Source: an uncultured Gammaproteobacteria bacterium (lineage in GTDB: Bacteria; Patescibacteriota; Microgenomatia; UBA10105; UBA927). From it: 63,105 nt of DNA. Shown here piece by piece: positions 49,684 to 58,100 of this stretch. Position 1 is the stretch's first letter; every line of letters begins with the position of its first letter. The stretch covers positions 1 to 63,105 of the forward strand of contig CAZUOM010000002.1 in assembly GCA_964621305.1 (NCBI GenBank), written 5' to 3'. A program made the position numbers and the translations under genes. The notes beneath the pieces were generated by a model that worked only from the letters and a program-made list of their open reading frames with translations, did not search any database and was not told where the DNA came from.

Positions 49684-50219
49684 AACGATAAAAATGCTTC
49701 TACAAAGGCTTTCCGTGCTCGAAACAACTGTGACTCAACGCTTTTGAGCGTAGTTGTCAGACGCTGGGAAATTTCGGCAACGGACAGGCTCTCGAAATAG
49801 CGCAGCGAAAGTATGTTGCGGTACTGTGGAATCATACGACTCAAAACATTTTTAATTTTTTCTTTAACGAATATTGTATCAATAATTTCTTCGGGATTAA
49901 GGATCGGTGAAACTAGCGCTTCAAGATTGGGGGTTTTAGAAAAAACCATGTGGAAAACTTTTTTCCTCCGATAGTAGTCGATAATTTTATGGTTGCAGAT
50001 GGCAAAAAGGAATGTTTCCATAGATGACTTGCCGGTGTAATCACGGATTGACTCAAGAAATGCAAAAAGGGTATCCTGCAACACTTCCTCCGCGTCAGTG
50101 GGGTTGGTAATTTTGGTGCGAATTCTGCGGGATAGCTTGGGCTCAAAGGTGTGATAAAAAATGTGGAGCGCTCTCTTGTCTCGATCCAATATCTGGTCGA
50201 TGAGGAGTCTGTCTATCAT
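49680..50219 (-). CDS. ECF-type RNA polymerase sigma factor
   Basis: DAEEVLQDT, Y.GKSS..TFL..I..HK..DYYR, LS..EIS......VESQLFRAR. Confidence 0.92.
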   Translation of the reverse strand: MIDRLLIDQILDRDKRALHIFYHTFEPKLSRRIRTKITNPTDAEEVLQDTLFAFLESIRDYTGKSSMETFLFAICNHKIIDYYRRKKVFHMVFSKTPNLEALVSPILNPEEIIDTIFVKEKIKNVLSRMIPQYRNILSLRYFESLSVAEISQRLTTTLKSVESQLFRARKAFVEAFLSL

Positions 50220-50237
50220 AGATAATACCTTACTATA

Positions 50238-51065
50238 TCAGGCTATTCGCTCGATGACAAATCGGGCAAAATCCTCGAAAGATTTTCTTATGTCCAGCGA
50301 AATATCAAGTGCAGCTAGAGCTTCTTGTGCTTCTTTTTCTAGTGGGCCGACCAATTGATCAAACTGTCTTTTTGTTATTTCCTTATCCAATAGATCGTCT
50401 TTGAGCTGAAACAGCTTTCCTACCGGAACACCATAGAGGGCCAACTGCTTCAGTGTTTGTTCCCCTGCTCCTGCTAGCGCTGCCCCAATCTGCAGCGGCC
50501 GCACCACTGTATACCAGGCGGTTTTGAGCTTGTTGATTTTCTCTTGAGATACTTTCTTATACCCTGCCTGCTTCATAATGTCTAATGTTTGACCGAAAAC
50601 AACCTCTTCCTTCATTTTGAAGTATAAATCTATTGCTGCAATGTTTTGAGTTTTACTCATACATTCGTCCGCCCACACAAGAGCAAGATCACCGGCTAGA
50701 ATCGCCATGCTCTCACCAAAACGCTTTGCATTTTTCACTTTAAACTTTAAACTTTCAACTTTAAACTTTTCATGTACCGTCGGTCCCCCCCGCCTCTGCA
50801 CATCCTCGTCCATAATATCGTCATGAATTAGGGCAAACGTGTGAAACAGCTCTACGCCAAGCATTGCATCGAGCAAAGCTCTTGGGAAATTCCCAGAATT
50901 TGCGAGTTGATACCCGAGCCTGACGAGATACGGCCGAACCCGCTTGGAAGGACGAAGGGTAAGGTCGGCTACCCCCTCGACAATAGCAACACAGGCTCTG
51001 TCAATCGCCGCTGCAGCCTTTTTCTTTTTTTCAAAAAAATAAACCAGCTCTTCAGCTAATTCCAT
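50238..51065 (-). CDS. trans-polyprenyl diphosphate synthase
   Basis: KRVRP, IHDDIMDED..RRG.PT, GQ.LD, KTAWY, FQLKDDLLD. Confidence 0.92.
   Translation of the reverse strand: MELAEELVYFFEKKKKAAAAIDRACVAIVEGVADLTLRPSKRVRPYLVRLGYQLANSGNFPRALLDAMLGVELFHTFALIHDDIMDEDVQRRGGPTVHEKFKVESLKFKVKNAKRFGESMAILAGDLALVWADECMSKTQNIAAIDLYFKMKEEVVFGQTLDIMKQAGYKKVSQEKINKLKTAWYTVVRPLQIGAALAGAGEQTLKQLALYGVPVGKLFQLKDDLLDKEITKRQFDQLVGPLEKEAQEALAALDISLDIRKSFEDFARFVIERIA
50735..50769. repeat. (AAAGTTN)5 in-frame insert in the polyprenyl synthase
   Basis: Encodes KFKVESLKFKVK. Confidence 0.85.
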
Positions 51066-51122
51066 GCCCAAAGTATACCACCAGCGTTGACTTCTTTCGT
51101 CCTATTCTCCTACACTGATAGT

Positions 51123-51434
51123 ATGGAGCGTATTTTTGCGGCCGTAAAACTGGAAGACGTAACTCCGTCCTCGATAGGTTCGTTCGGAGAACTCGTGTCT
51201 TTGGTAGTATTCAATGCGTTTGTTTTGGCTGGGGTCCTCAGCTTCGTTTTCTTGATTCTCGGCGGATTTGGAGTTATAGTAGGCGCCGGTGGTGGTGACG
51301 CCAAAAAACTAGAGAGTGCAAAAAATACCATCGTCTATGCCGTAATTGGGCTGCTCATTGTCGTCGGATCGCTCTGGATCGTCCAGATTGTAGGCACTCT
51401 TGCCGGTATCGATATTTTGAAACCAAAAATCTAA
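51123..51434 (+). CDS. VirB2-like pilin 1 of array
   Basis: GGF..I..GGGDAKKLESAKNTI..A.IGL; leader MERIFAA. Confidence 0.8.
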   Translation: MERIFAAVKLEDVTPSSIGSFGELVSLVVFNAFVLAGVLSFVFLILGGFGVIVGAGGGDAKKLESAKNTIVYAVIGLLIVVGSLWIVQIVGTLAGIDILKPKI

Positions 51435-51435
51435 T

Positions 51436-51816
51436 ATGCATATCGTTCACGCTCTTGATCCTGTTGTTGGCGAAGTCAAAACAACTATTCTGCCACCAGC
51501 CTATCAAAGCATTATCGGCTCACCTGGTTCGCCCGGCGGACTTGTCCTTTTTTTCACTAATGTCATCCGGCTCTTTTTCGTGGGTGCTGGCGTCTGGGCG
51601 TTTGTCAATCTTCTGATTGGAGGGATGCAATTTATGTCTGCCGGAGGAGACGCCAAGGCTGTTTCCGCTGCATGGAATAGAATCTGGCAGTCGCTCCTAG
51701 GACTTATCATTATTGTAGGATCATTTGCTCTGGCATCAGTATTTGGGTACGTTCTTTTCGGACAGGCTGATTTCATCCTCAATCCCAAAATATACGGGCC
51801 AACCCAAACGAAGTAA
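51436..51816 (+). CDS. VirB2-like pilin 2
   Basis: GG.QF.SAGGDAK.V..A..RI..S.LGL; leader MHIVHAL. Confidence 0.8.
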   Translation: MHIVHALDPVVGEVKTTILPPAYQSIIGSPGSPGGLVLFFTNVIRLFFVGAGVWAFVNLLIGGMQFMSAGGDAKAVSAAWNRIWQSLLGLIIIVGSFALASVFGYVLFGQADFILNPKIYGPTQTK

Positions 51817-51819
51817 CCT

Positions 51820-52212
51820 ATGAATACGCTTGCACAAGTTCCTCAAGATCTTGGAAAAATAGAAGGGGGCGGTCTGGGTCCGTTTGGTCAAAAAATTCCC
51901 GGTCCCCAAGACGGAGCAATGGGGCTTATCAACGTTACCAACCTTGTTTCTAGCGTCATTGGCCTCATGACCATCAGTGCAACTATCTGGTTTATGTTTC
52001 AATTCATCGTCGGCGGCATCAACTGGCTAGCGTCCGGCGGAGACAAAACAAAACTGCAAGAAGCCCGAGATCGCATCACCAATGCCTTTGTGGGGTTGGT
52101 AATCGTCATGGCGGCCTGGGGCATCATCGCAATACTGGGTGCATTCTTTGGCGGATTTGATATCCTTATTACAAATCCGAAAAAAATTATAGAAAACATC
52201 AGAGTAAAATAA
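51820..52212 (+). CDS. VirB2-like pilin 3
   Basis: GGINWLASGGDKTKLQEARDRITNAFVGL; leader MNTLAQ. Confidence 0.8.
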   Translation: MNTLAQVPQDLGKIEGGGLGPFGQKIPGPQDGAMGLINVTNLVSSVIGLMTISATIWFMFQFIVGGINWLASGGDKTKLQEARDRITNAFVGLVIVMAAWGIIAILGAFFGGFDILITNPKKIIENIRVK

Positions 52213-52216
52213 TGCT

Positions 52217-52642
52217 ATGAACACTCTGGCCCAAATTACCAATCCTGCAATACCCCCAAGCCTAGGTACGATCGGAAAAGCACCGGCAGAATCTGTAGGA
52301 CAGATTGTTGTGGGAGAATACATCGGCGCGCTGATGGGACTGCTGTTTATTATTGCATTCATACTTACTCTTTTTTATATGGTCCTTGCGGGGATCGAGT
52401 GGCTTGGAAGCGGCGGAGACAAAACGCACTTAGAAAACGCACGGAACAAAATGACCCATGCCATCGTCGGACTCGTCCTGGTTGGTGCATCCTGGGCCAT
52501 CATGACTATCGTCGGACAATTTTTTGGATTCAAATTCGGCGCCAAGCGGTTCGAGCTGCCGATTCCGCAAGTCGCACCATCTGTGCCACAGGGCATTCAG
52601 TTGCCTGCAGTACCACCAGAGTTGCCGGGCCCGCCGAAATAG
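52217..52642 (+). CDS. VirB2-like pilin 4
   Basis: AGIEWLGSGGDKTHLENARNKMTHAIVGL; leader MNTLAQ. Confidence 0.8.
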   Translation: MNTLAQITNPAIPPSLGTIGKAPAESVGQIVVGEYIGALMGLLFIIAFILTLFYMVLAGIEWLGSGGDKTHLENARNKMTHAIVGLVLVGASWAIMTIVGQFFGFKFGAKRFELPIPQVAPSVPQGIQLPAVPPELPGPPK

Positions 52643-52710
52643 CCAGACGGTAGTTGTAAAACCGGGGGTTGACAAGGAGTAATGCTTTACATCACAATAA
52701 GGAGGAGTCT

Positions 52711-53064
52711 ATGTTTGAAAAAGTCTACGCACTTAGTAAAACTGATCCAATAAGAGTTGAAAGGCCCAGCGATACAATCCAAATTACCGACGTGGGCCAA
52801 CTGGTCGGCGCAGCTGTGGGTGCGCTCCTTATTGTCTCAGCACTCTTGGCATTTTTCTTTCTTATCTTGGGTGGCATCCAGTGGATAACCTCTGGTGGAG
52901 ACAAAAGCGGCATGGAAGCGGCTCGTAACAAAATCACCCACGCCATCGTAGGCCTCGTCATCGTGGGAGCCGCATGGGCCATCATGATGCTCATCCAGAG
53001 CTTTTTGGGCATCAAAATCATCGGAACAGGAGTTGAAAACGTAACGCTCCCAAGACCGTTTTAA
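52711..53064 (+). CDS. VirB2-like pilin 5
   Basis: GGIQWITSGGDK..MEAARNKITHAIVGL; AAGGAGG SD; leader MFEKVYAL. Confidence 0.8.
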   Translation: MFEKVYALSKTDPIRVERPSDTIQITDVGQLVGAAVGALLIVSALLAFFFLILGGIQWITSGGDKSGMEAARNKITHAIVGLVIVGAAWAIMMLIQSFLGIKIIGTGVENVTLPRPF

Positions 53065-53415
53065 ATGATCCCTACTGTTTTTGCCGCAGAACCCTGGAGG
53101 TCTCTCGGCGGACCAGGACCCAAAGCCGACGTTGCAACCATCGCTTCCCTAGAATCACTGTTTAAAAACGTTGCCACAGCCGCCGGGTCGCTAGCGATCG
53201 TAGCGCTTTTTATCATGCTCATCGTGGGAGGATTTAAATTCCTCTTTTCTGGCGGAGACGCCAAAAAGATGGAGGCAGCAAAGGGTACGGTCACTGCATC
53301 TGTCTTGGGAATTGTCCTTGTCGCCACCGCCTACCTTATCATCCGTCTAATCGGAGAATTCGCTGGCGTGCCTGATATCACTACATTTCAAATACAGACG
53401 AGTCCAATTCAATAA
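53065..53415 (+). CDS. VirB2-like pilin 6
   Basis: GGFKFLFSGGDAKKMEAAKGTVT.S.LGI; leader MIPTVFAA. Confidence 0.8.
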   Translation: MIPTVFAAEPWRSLGGPGPKADVATIASLESLFKNVATAAGSLAIVALFIMLIVGGFKFLFSGGDAKKMEAAKGTVTASVLGIVLVATAYLIIRLIGEFAGVPDITTFQIQTSPIQ

Positions 53416-53470
53416 AGAAATAGCAGACAATTGACGCCAACCGCATGGTCATCCATAATTAGACATAGTC

Positions 53471-55108
53471 ATGACCAGCTCTGTATTAGTACACCGAATC
53501 ATCTTTGTTTTCATTGTCTTTTCCGTTGCTGGGCTCCTTGCGGGCTTACCCCCTTCCCCCGCGTTCGCCCAAACGCATGCAGAAAACGAGGCAACACTGG
53601 AACGCCAGCGCCAGGAAATTCTCTACCGCCAGCTCCAAAATTCTCAATCGTGGATTGACGGCGGAGGATTTGCTGTAAGCCGAGAAAAAAAAGTAGCAAG
53701 TCTTGAAACTTCCACAAATGCAATATTTTCAAGCGGGATCCTTTCCTCGCTCCATGCAATCATGCCGGTACCAGGCTTAACCTACCGGCCGACGGCAGAC
53801 GCATCATATATCCAGCAACAGTACCGAAACAGCGCGCTTGGCAACATGACTTTAGCTATTGCCGCCGTCTACGCAAACCCGCCGGCAGACTTAGCGTTAT
53901 GGATCCGCGATACCGGCCAGTCGCTCGGTTTCCTCCCGCGTCAAGCCTACGCCCAGGGCGTCGGATTCACTGGGCTTGCGCCGCTACTACCGCTTTGGAA
54001 AATCATGCGCAACGTCGCCTATGTACTCCTGGCTATGGTACTTATCGTCGTTGGATTCATGGTGATGCTGCGCAAAAAAATCGATCCCAAAACAGTCGTC
54101 ACCGTCCAAAACGCGCTCCCTAAAATCGTCGTCACTCTCATCCTTATTACGTTTTCCTACGCCATCGTGGGGCTTATGGTTGACATAATGTATATCGTGA
54201 TGGTACTTGCGATATCTCTTTTTAAACAAGCTGGGCTCTTGCCTGATCTTACCGGAGCATGGAATCTACTTGTAAAGGGGGCGAGTGACACGCCAGTTCT
54301 TGATAAGCTTTTCAATATCAAAACGACAGAGGATCTCATTTTACGCGGTGGACTTTTGCAAAACATTACCAATTTTGACTTTAATCCAACACGGCTGCTG
54401 TTTGGCACTGATTTTGGCGTTGACGGGTGGGTGTCTGGAACAGTTGCTAGCGTCTTGGCAATAGTCGGCGGCTTAGCTGTTGGATCTGTCGCAGGTCCTC
54501 CAGCTGGTATTGCAGTTGGGTTACTATTCGCATCTGTCCCTTTACTAGCCCTTATCATCGCCATTGCACAACTGCTTCTTATGATTCGCTTATTTTTCTT
54601 TTTCCTGGGTGCTTACGTGAACATAATTATAGCACTCATTTTTGGTCCCATACAAATACTTGCTGAAGCAATTCCCGGAGTCGGAGGATTCTCTGCTTGG
54701 TTTAAAAATCTCCTAGCAAATATCGCCGTCTTCCCCATCGCCGCCATGATGTTTTTGCTTGCCGGCGCAATCATCAAGCTAACAAGCTCCAATTCTGCCA
54801 ATCTCTGGGCTCCCTCCTATGGAGCGCTCATGTTTAATACGGCAGCTAGCGTCGGCTCATGGGTAGCCCTTGGCATCCTCTTTGCTATCCCCACCGTCGG
54901 TGCGCAATTCCGGGAGCTTCTCAAGGCCAAGCCGCTCGTTGCCGCCGGGCCGGAAACCATTGGCAGCATCTTCACTCAACCAATTGGCATGATCATGCAG
55001 CTTGTACAAATGGGAATGCATCACCAAACAATGGAAGCTTTAAAACAAAAGAGTCCTTTATCTACTGGTGGTGGTGGTGGTGGTGGACGGCCAAGGGGAC
55101 ACCCATAA
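53471..55108 (+). CDS. VirB6-like polytopic membrane protein
   Basis: W...RN..Y......L...GF..M, LITFSYAI.GL..D, many TMs; follows the pilin array. Confidence 0.65.
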   Translation: MTSSVLVHRIIFVFIVFSVAGLLAGLPPSPAFAQTHAENEATLERQRQEILYRQLQNSQSWIDGGGFAVSREKKVASLETSTNAIFSSGILSSLHAIMPVPGLTYRPTADASYIQQQYRNSALGNMTLAIAAVYANPPADLALWIRDTGQSLGFLPRQAYAQGVGFTGLAPLLPLWKIMRNVAYVLLAMVLIVVGFMVMLRKKIDPKTVVTVQNALPKIVVTLILITFSYAIVGLMVDIMYIVMVLAISLFKQAGLLPDLTGAWNLLVKGASDTPVLDKLFNIKTTEDLILRGGLLQNITNFDFNPTRLLFGTDFGVDGWVSGTVASVLAIVGGLAVGSVAGPPAGIAVGLLFASVPLLALIIAIAQLLLMIRLFFFFLGAYVNIIIALIFGPIQILAEAIPGVGGFSAWFKNLLANIAVFPIAAMMFLLAGAIIKLTSSNSANLWAPSYGALMFNTAASVGSWVALGILFAIPTVGAQFRELLKAKPLVAAGPETIGSIFTQPIGMIMQLVQMGMHHQTMEALKQKSPLSTGGGGGGGRPRGHP

Positions 55109-55125
55109 TAAAATTTTCTCCATTA

Positions 55126-58100
55126 TCAGGAGGATTTATGTTGCTGTTGTCCCCCTCCGGTTTTTGCCTCTTGACCAATAATCAGAACCAGAAGCAATGC
55201 GGCGCCGGCTGTTAGCATCAGCGCCTTGGCTCCGATGACCCCGTTGGGAATTTTATCCTCTAAAATTTCCATTGCATCGGTCATGTTTTTCTCAGTTAAA
55301 TAGCGTTTGGCAAAATTTCCGATAAATTTTTCCAGTTTGGATGCGTTTGGTTTATCTGCCAGTGCCTGAAGGTTCTCCACTATTTGCGCGCGGTTACTGT
55401 GTCCGCCAAGGATGAGGCGGTCCCAGGATGAAATGCCGAGCCTGTCCCTGCCTGCAGCCTCGATAGGCAACACTGTTGGCGCTCTATATCGGGTCTTTTC
55501 TCCTAATGCCGTACCTATTTCCACCTCGAGTTCATGAAGGAGTTCGTCGGGGGATTTTGATTTAGCATGCCCACCCGCGTATTTTTTTATGGGTGAAGAA
55601 TCAGGTAGCCCCTCCAAAAGAGGCCCGTATTTTGCATACACCTTCTGCATCCCCAGTCGACCAAAGGCATTAAGCAGTCCATTGATTTTTGCCGCCACCA
55701 CACCCTGTATCCCCACAATGCCTTTATAGGTCTGCTCTTGAGCTTTTAAATATCGTTCTGGTTCAATTCGCCACGTCTCACCAATAAGAGCAAAAAGATC
55801 AGCCATGCCGCCAAGGTCTCGCCACATCCTCCGCCAGAGGCCGCTTTGCTCATCTGTGTCTCCGGTGGTTTTCTCGGTAATCCGGGTCAAAAAAATATTT
55901 TCCAATTCCGGTTTTCCTCGAATATCTTCAAACTTCTTACCCAGCCGGGACAACATGCGCTCCGGATATTGCAAAAATTCATACGGATAATCATCAAAAC
56001 GCAACTTCATAAGAAGCGGCGCGTAGCGGATGTTCGTCAGCTCACTAATAGCGCCGTATTCTTGAGTTACTTCCTTTGGCGTCAGAAGATAGTCTGCCGC
56101 CTCCTTCATTTTTGCAAAATAATCCTCTTTGGCCGCATCTGCCTGCTTGCGATTATTGTCATGCTGAATCATAAAAATCTGGTCAATGGTTTCATCTTGA
56201 AAACCATTTAAGCCGCTTAGTCCCTTGCTATAATCTACCTGCTCACCGAGGGCGAGAGCCCGAAAAATAGTTCTATGAACAAGCGATAGCTCTCCATAGT
56301 GCTTCCCAAACCCACGCGCGCCTCCGGGGACGTGACTATCCGTCCACGCTCGAAGGGGCTTTGATTCTCCTTCTCGAAGGGCAAACAACAGCTCAAGCGG
56401 ACTATATCTTGCCACAATAGCCTGCTCATCCAAAAACTTGCTTCTCGAGTGCTTAGTATCGTGACCGTATTTTGTGGTGTGAAAGTACCCAAATGCAGAC
56501 TCTAGTGCCACAAAAGTCAAAAAATTTTGCTTGGCCAAATCTTTGTTTCCGCCCAGAACCTCCGACAGAAGTCCAAACTGGGCCCGGCGCCTGGCGCCGC
56601 TTTCGGAAAAGCCATTGTATGGAAACAAGCCGTACGTCTCATCGATAAGAAGGCTATTGTAAAATCGTGTTTCCTCTAAAAGCTTTTTGAACGACAAAGA
56701 ACGAAGCTTTTCTCCTGCGCTTTTTGCATCAGAAAACGCAGGAAGCTCATCAAAGCTATCTACAGAAAAACTAAATATGGTTTTAACCTGCCCATACAAG
56801 TGTTTTTGTTGGTCTTCTTCAAGCTTGTCAAAGCGCTGTATCTTGTCCCAATAGTCTTTTGCGCTCTCTTCTCCCCACGCGTCAATTTCTCGACAGGCAA
56901 GACGCCAAACAGCCGAGCGCTCCCGCATCGCCAGTCGCTCTGTCTGATCAAATCCCTGAGTAATACCACCCCATGTCAGCTGCCACGCAGTGAATCGTCG
57001 CATCAGTTTTGCAATTTTCTGTTTTTCAAAAAATTGGGTCGGGATCTGATCTGCATTGACTCCAACAACAGTCGGGGCAAACCGGATATCCATATTGTAT
57101 TTTTCACCACTCATAATCATGCGGAATTTAGCAAATTGCCCAATCACATTACATGCATCTTCATACTTCATCCGAGCGTCTAATAACTTTTGCCCATCAG
57201 GTGTAGCGCCTTTTGCATTCATCACTGCGTTCAAAGCGCTCTCCTCTTTTGAGTCCGGATCTTCTTTAAAAAATCTTCCGTTCATGTAATCATTCCAAAC
57301 CGCCTCATAACGTTTTTTGTTTTTTCCGTCCCTCATTTCCCTAATAGTTTCATCTACTGCTTCTTTCCAAAGTTTGTCCCAATGGGCTTGCTTATTGCCT
57401 CGCGAATCAAATATCTTCTGGGCATATTTAACCTGTAATATTTCTCTTGCGTGCTGTACTAAGCCGCCATAAAGCCCATCCATTCCATAAAAATCATCCT
57501 CTTTCATTCTTGAGTTGAGTACGCGTTTGAAATTTTCATCATTGGCATCAGCCGTATGCATCCATACCTGGATAAACTGAGCTTCTCGTCTTCTTCGGGA
57601 AAATTGCCGTTCGAAATTTTTGAGTTCTACTGTAAGGGTGCGTTGGCGCTCCCCAGTAAGCTTTTTTAGCCCCCCGAGCGCAGCGTCGATGTTGTTTTGA
57701 ATTTGAGAAAGGTCTACGCCGGACTGCTTAATGCTTAAAACTTTCTTTTTTGATAAAACGGCATCCATAAGGTCTGCTTTGCTCTTCACGATAAAAACAT
57801 CTGAAGCAAGCAGTTTCCTCCCAAGTTGCGGAGAAAAAAGGAACGATTCGATAAGATCCAGCCTGTCCATTAAAAATCGGGCGCGGGGGCCCATCTCATC
57901 TTCAATAAGGGCCTCTATTGCTTCGTTAAATATCCGCTCTACTGTTCCAATAGGATCGTTTTGCATCCCTTCTACCTCATCTTCTGTTAAATAGAGCTTG
58001 TTGGGAGGCTGTTCGCCGCGTTCAGCCAATGTAAGTTGAGTTTTTATCTTCCGATAATATTTTTCTAATATCGCTCGCTGCTCCGACGACATGTTTTTTC

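Noticed and set aside
55070-55087. (GGT)n tract
   Set aside because: Poly-Gly codons at the VirB6-like C-terminus, in frame, with no regulatory evidence.
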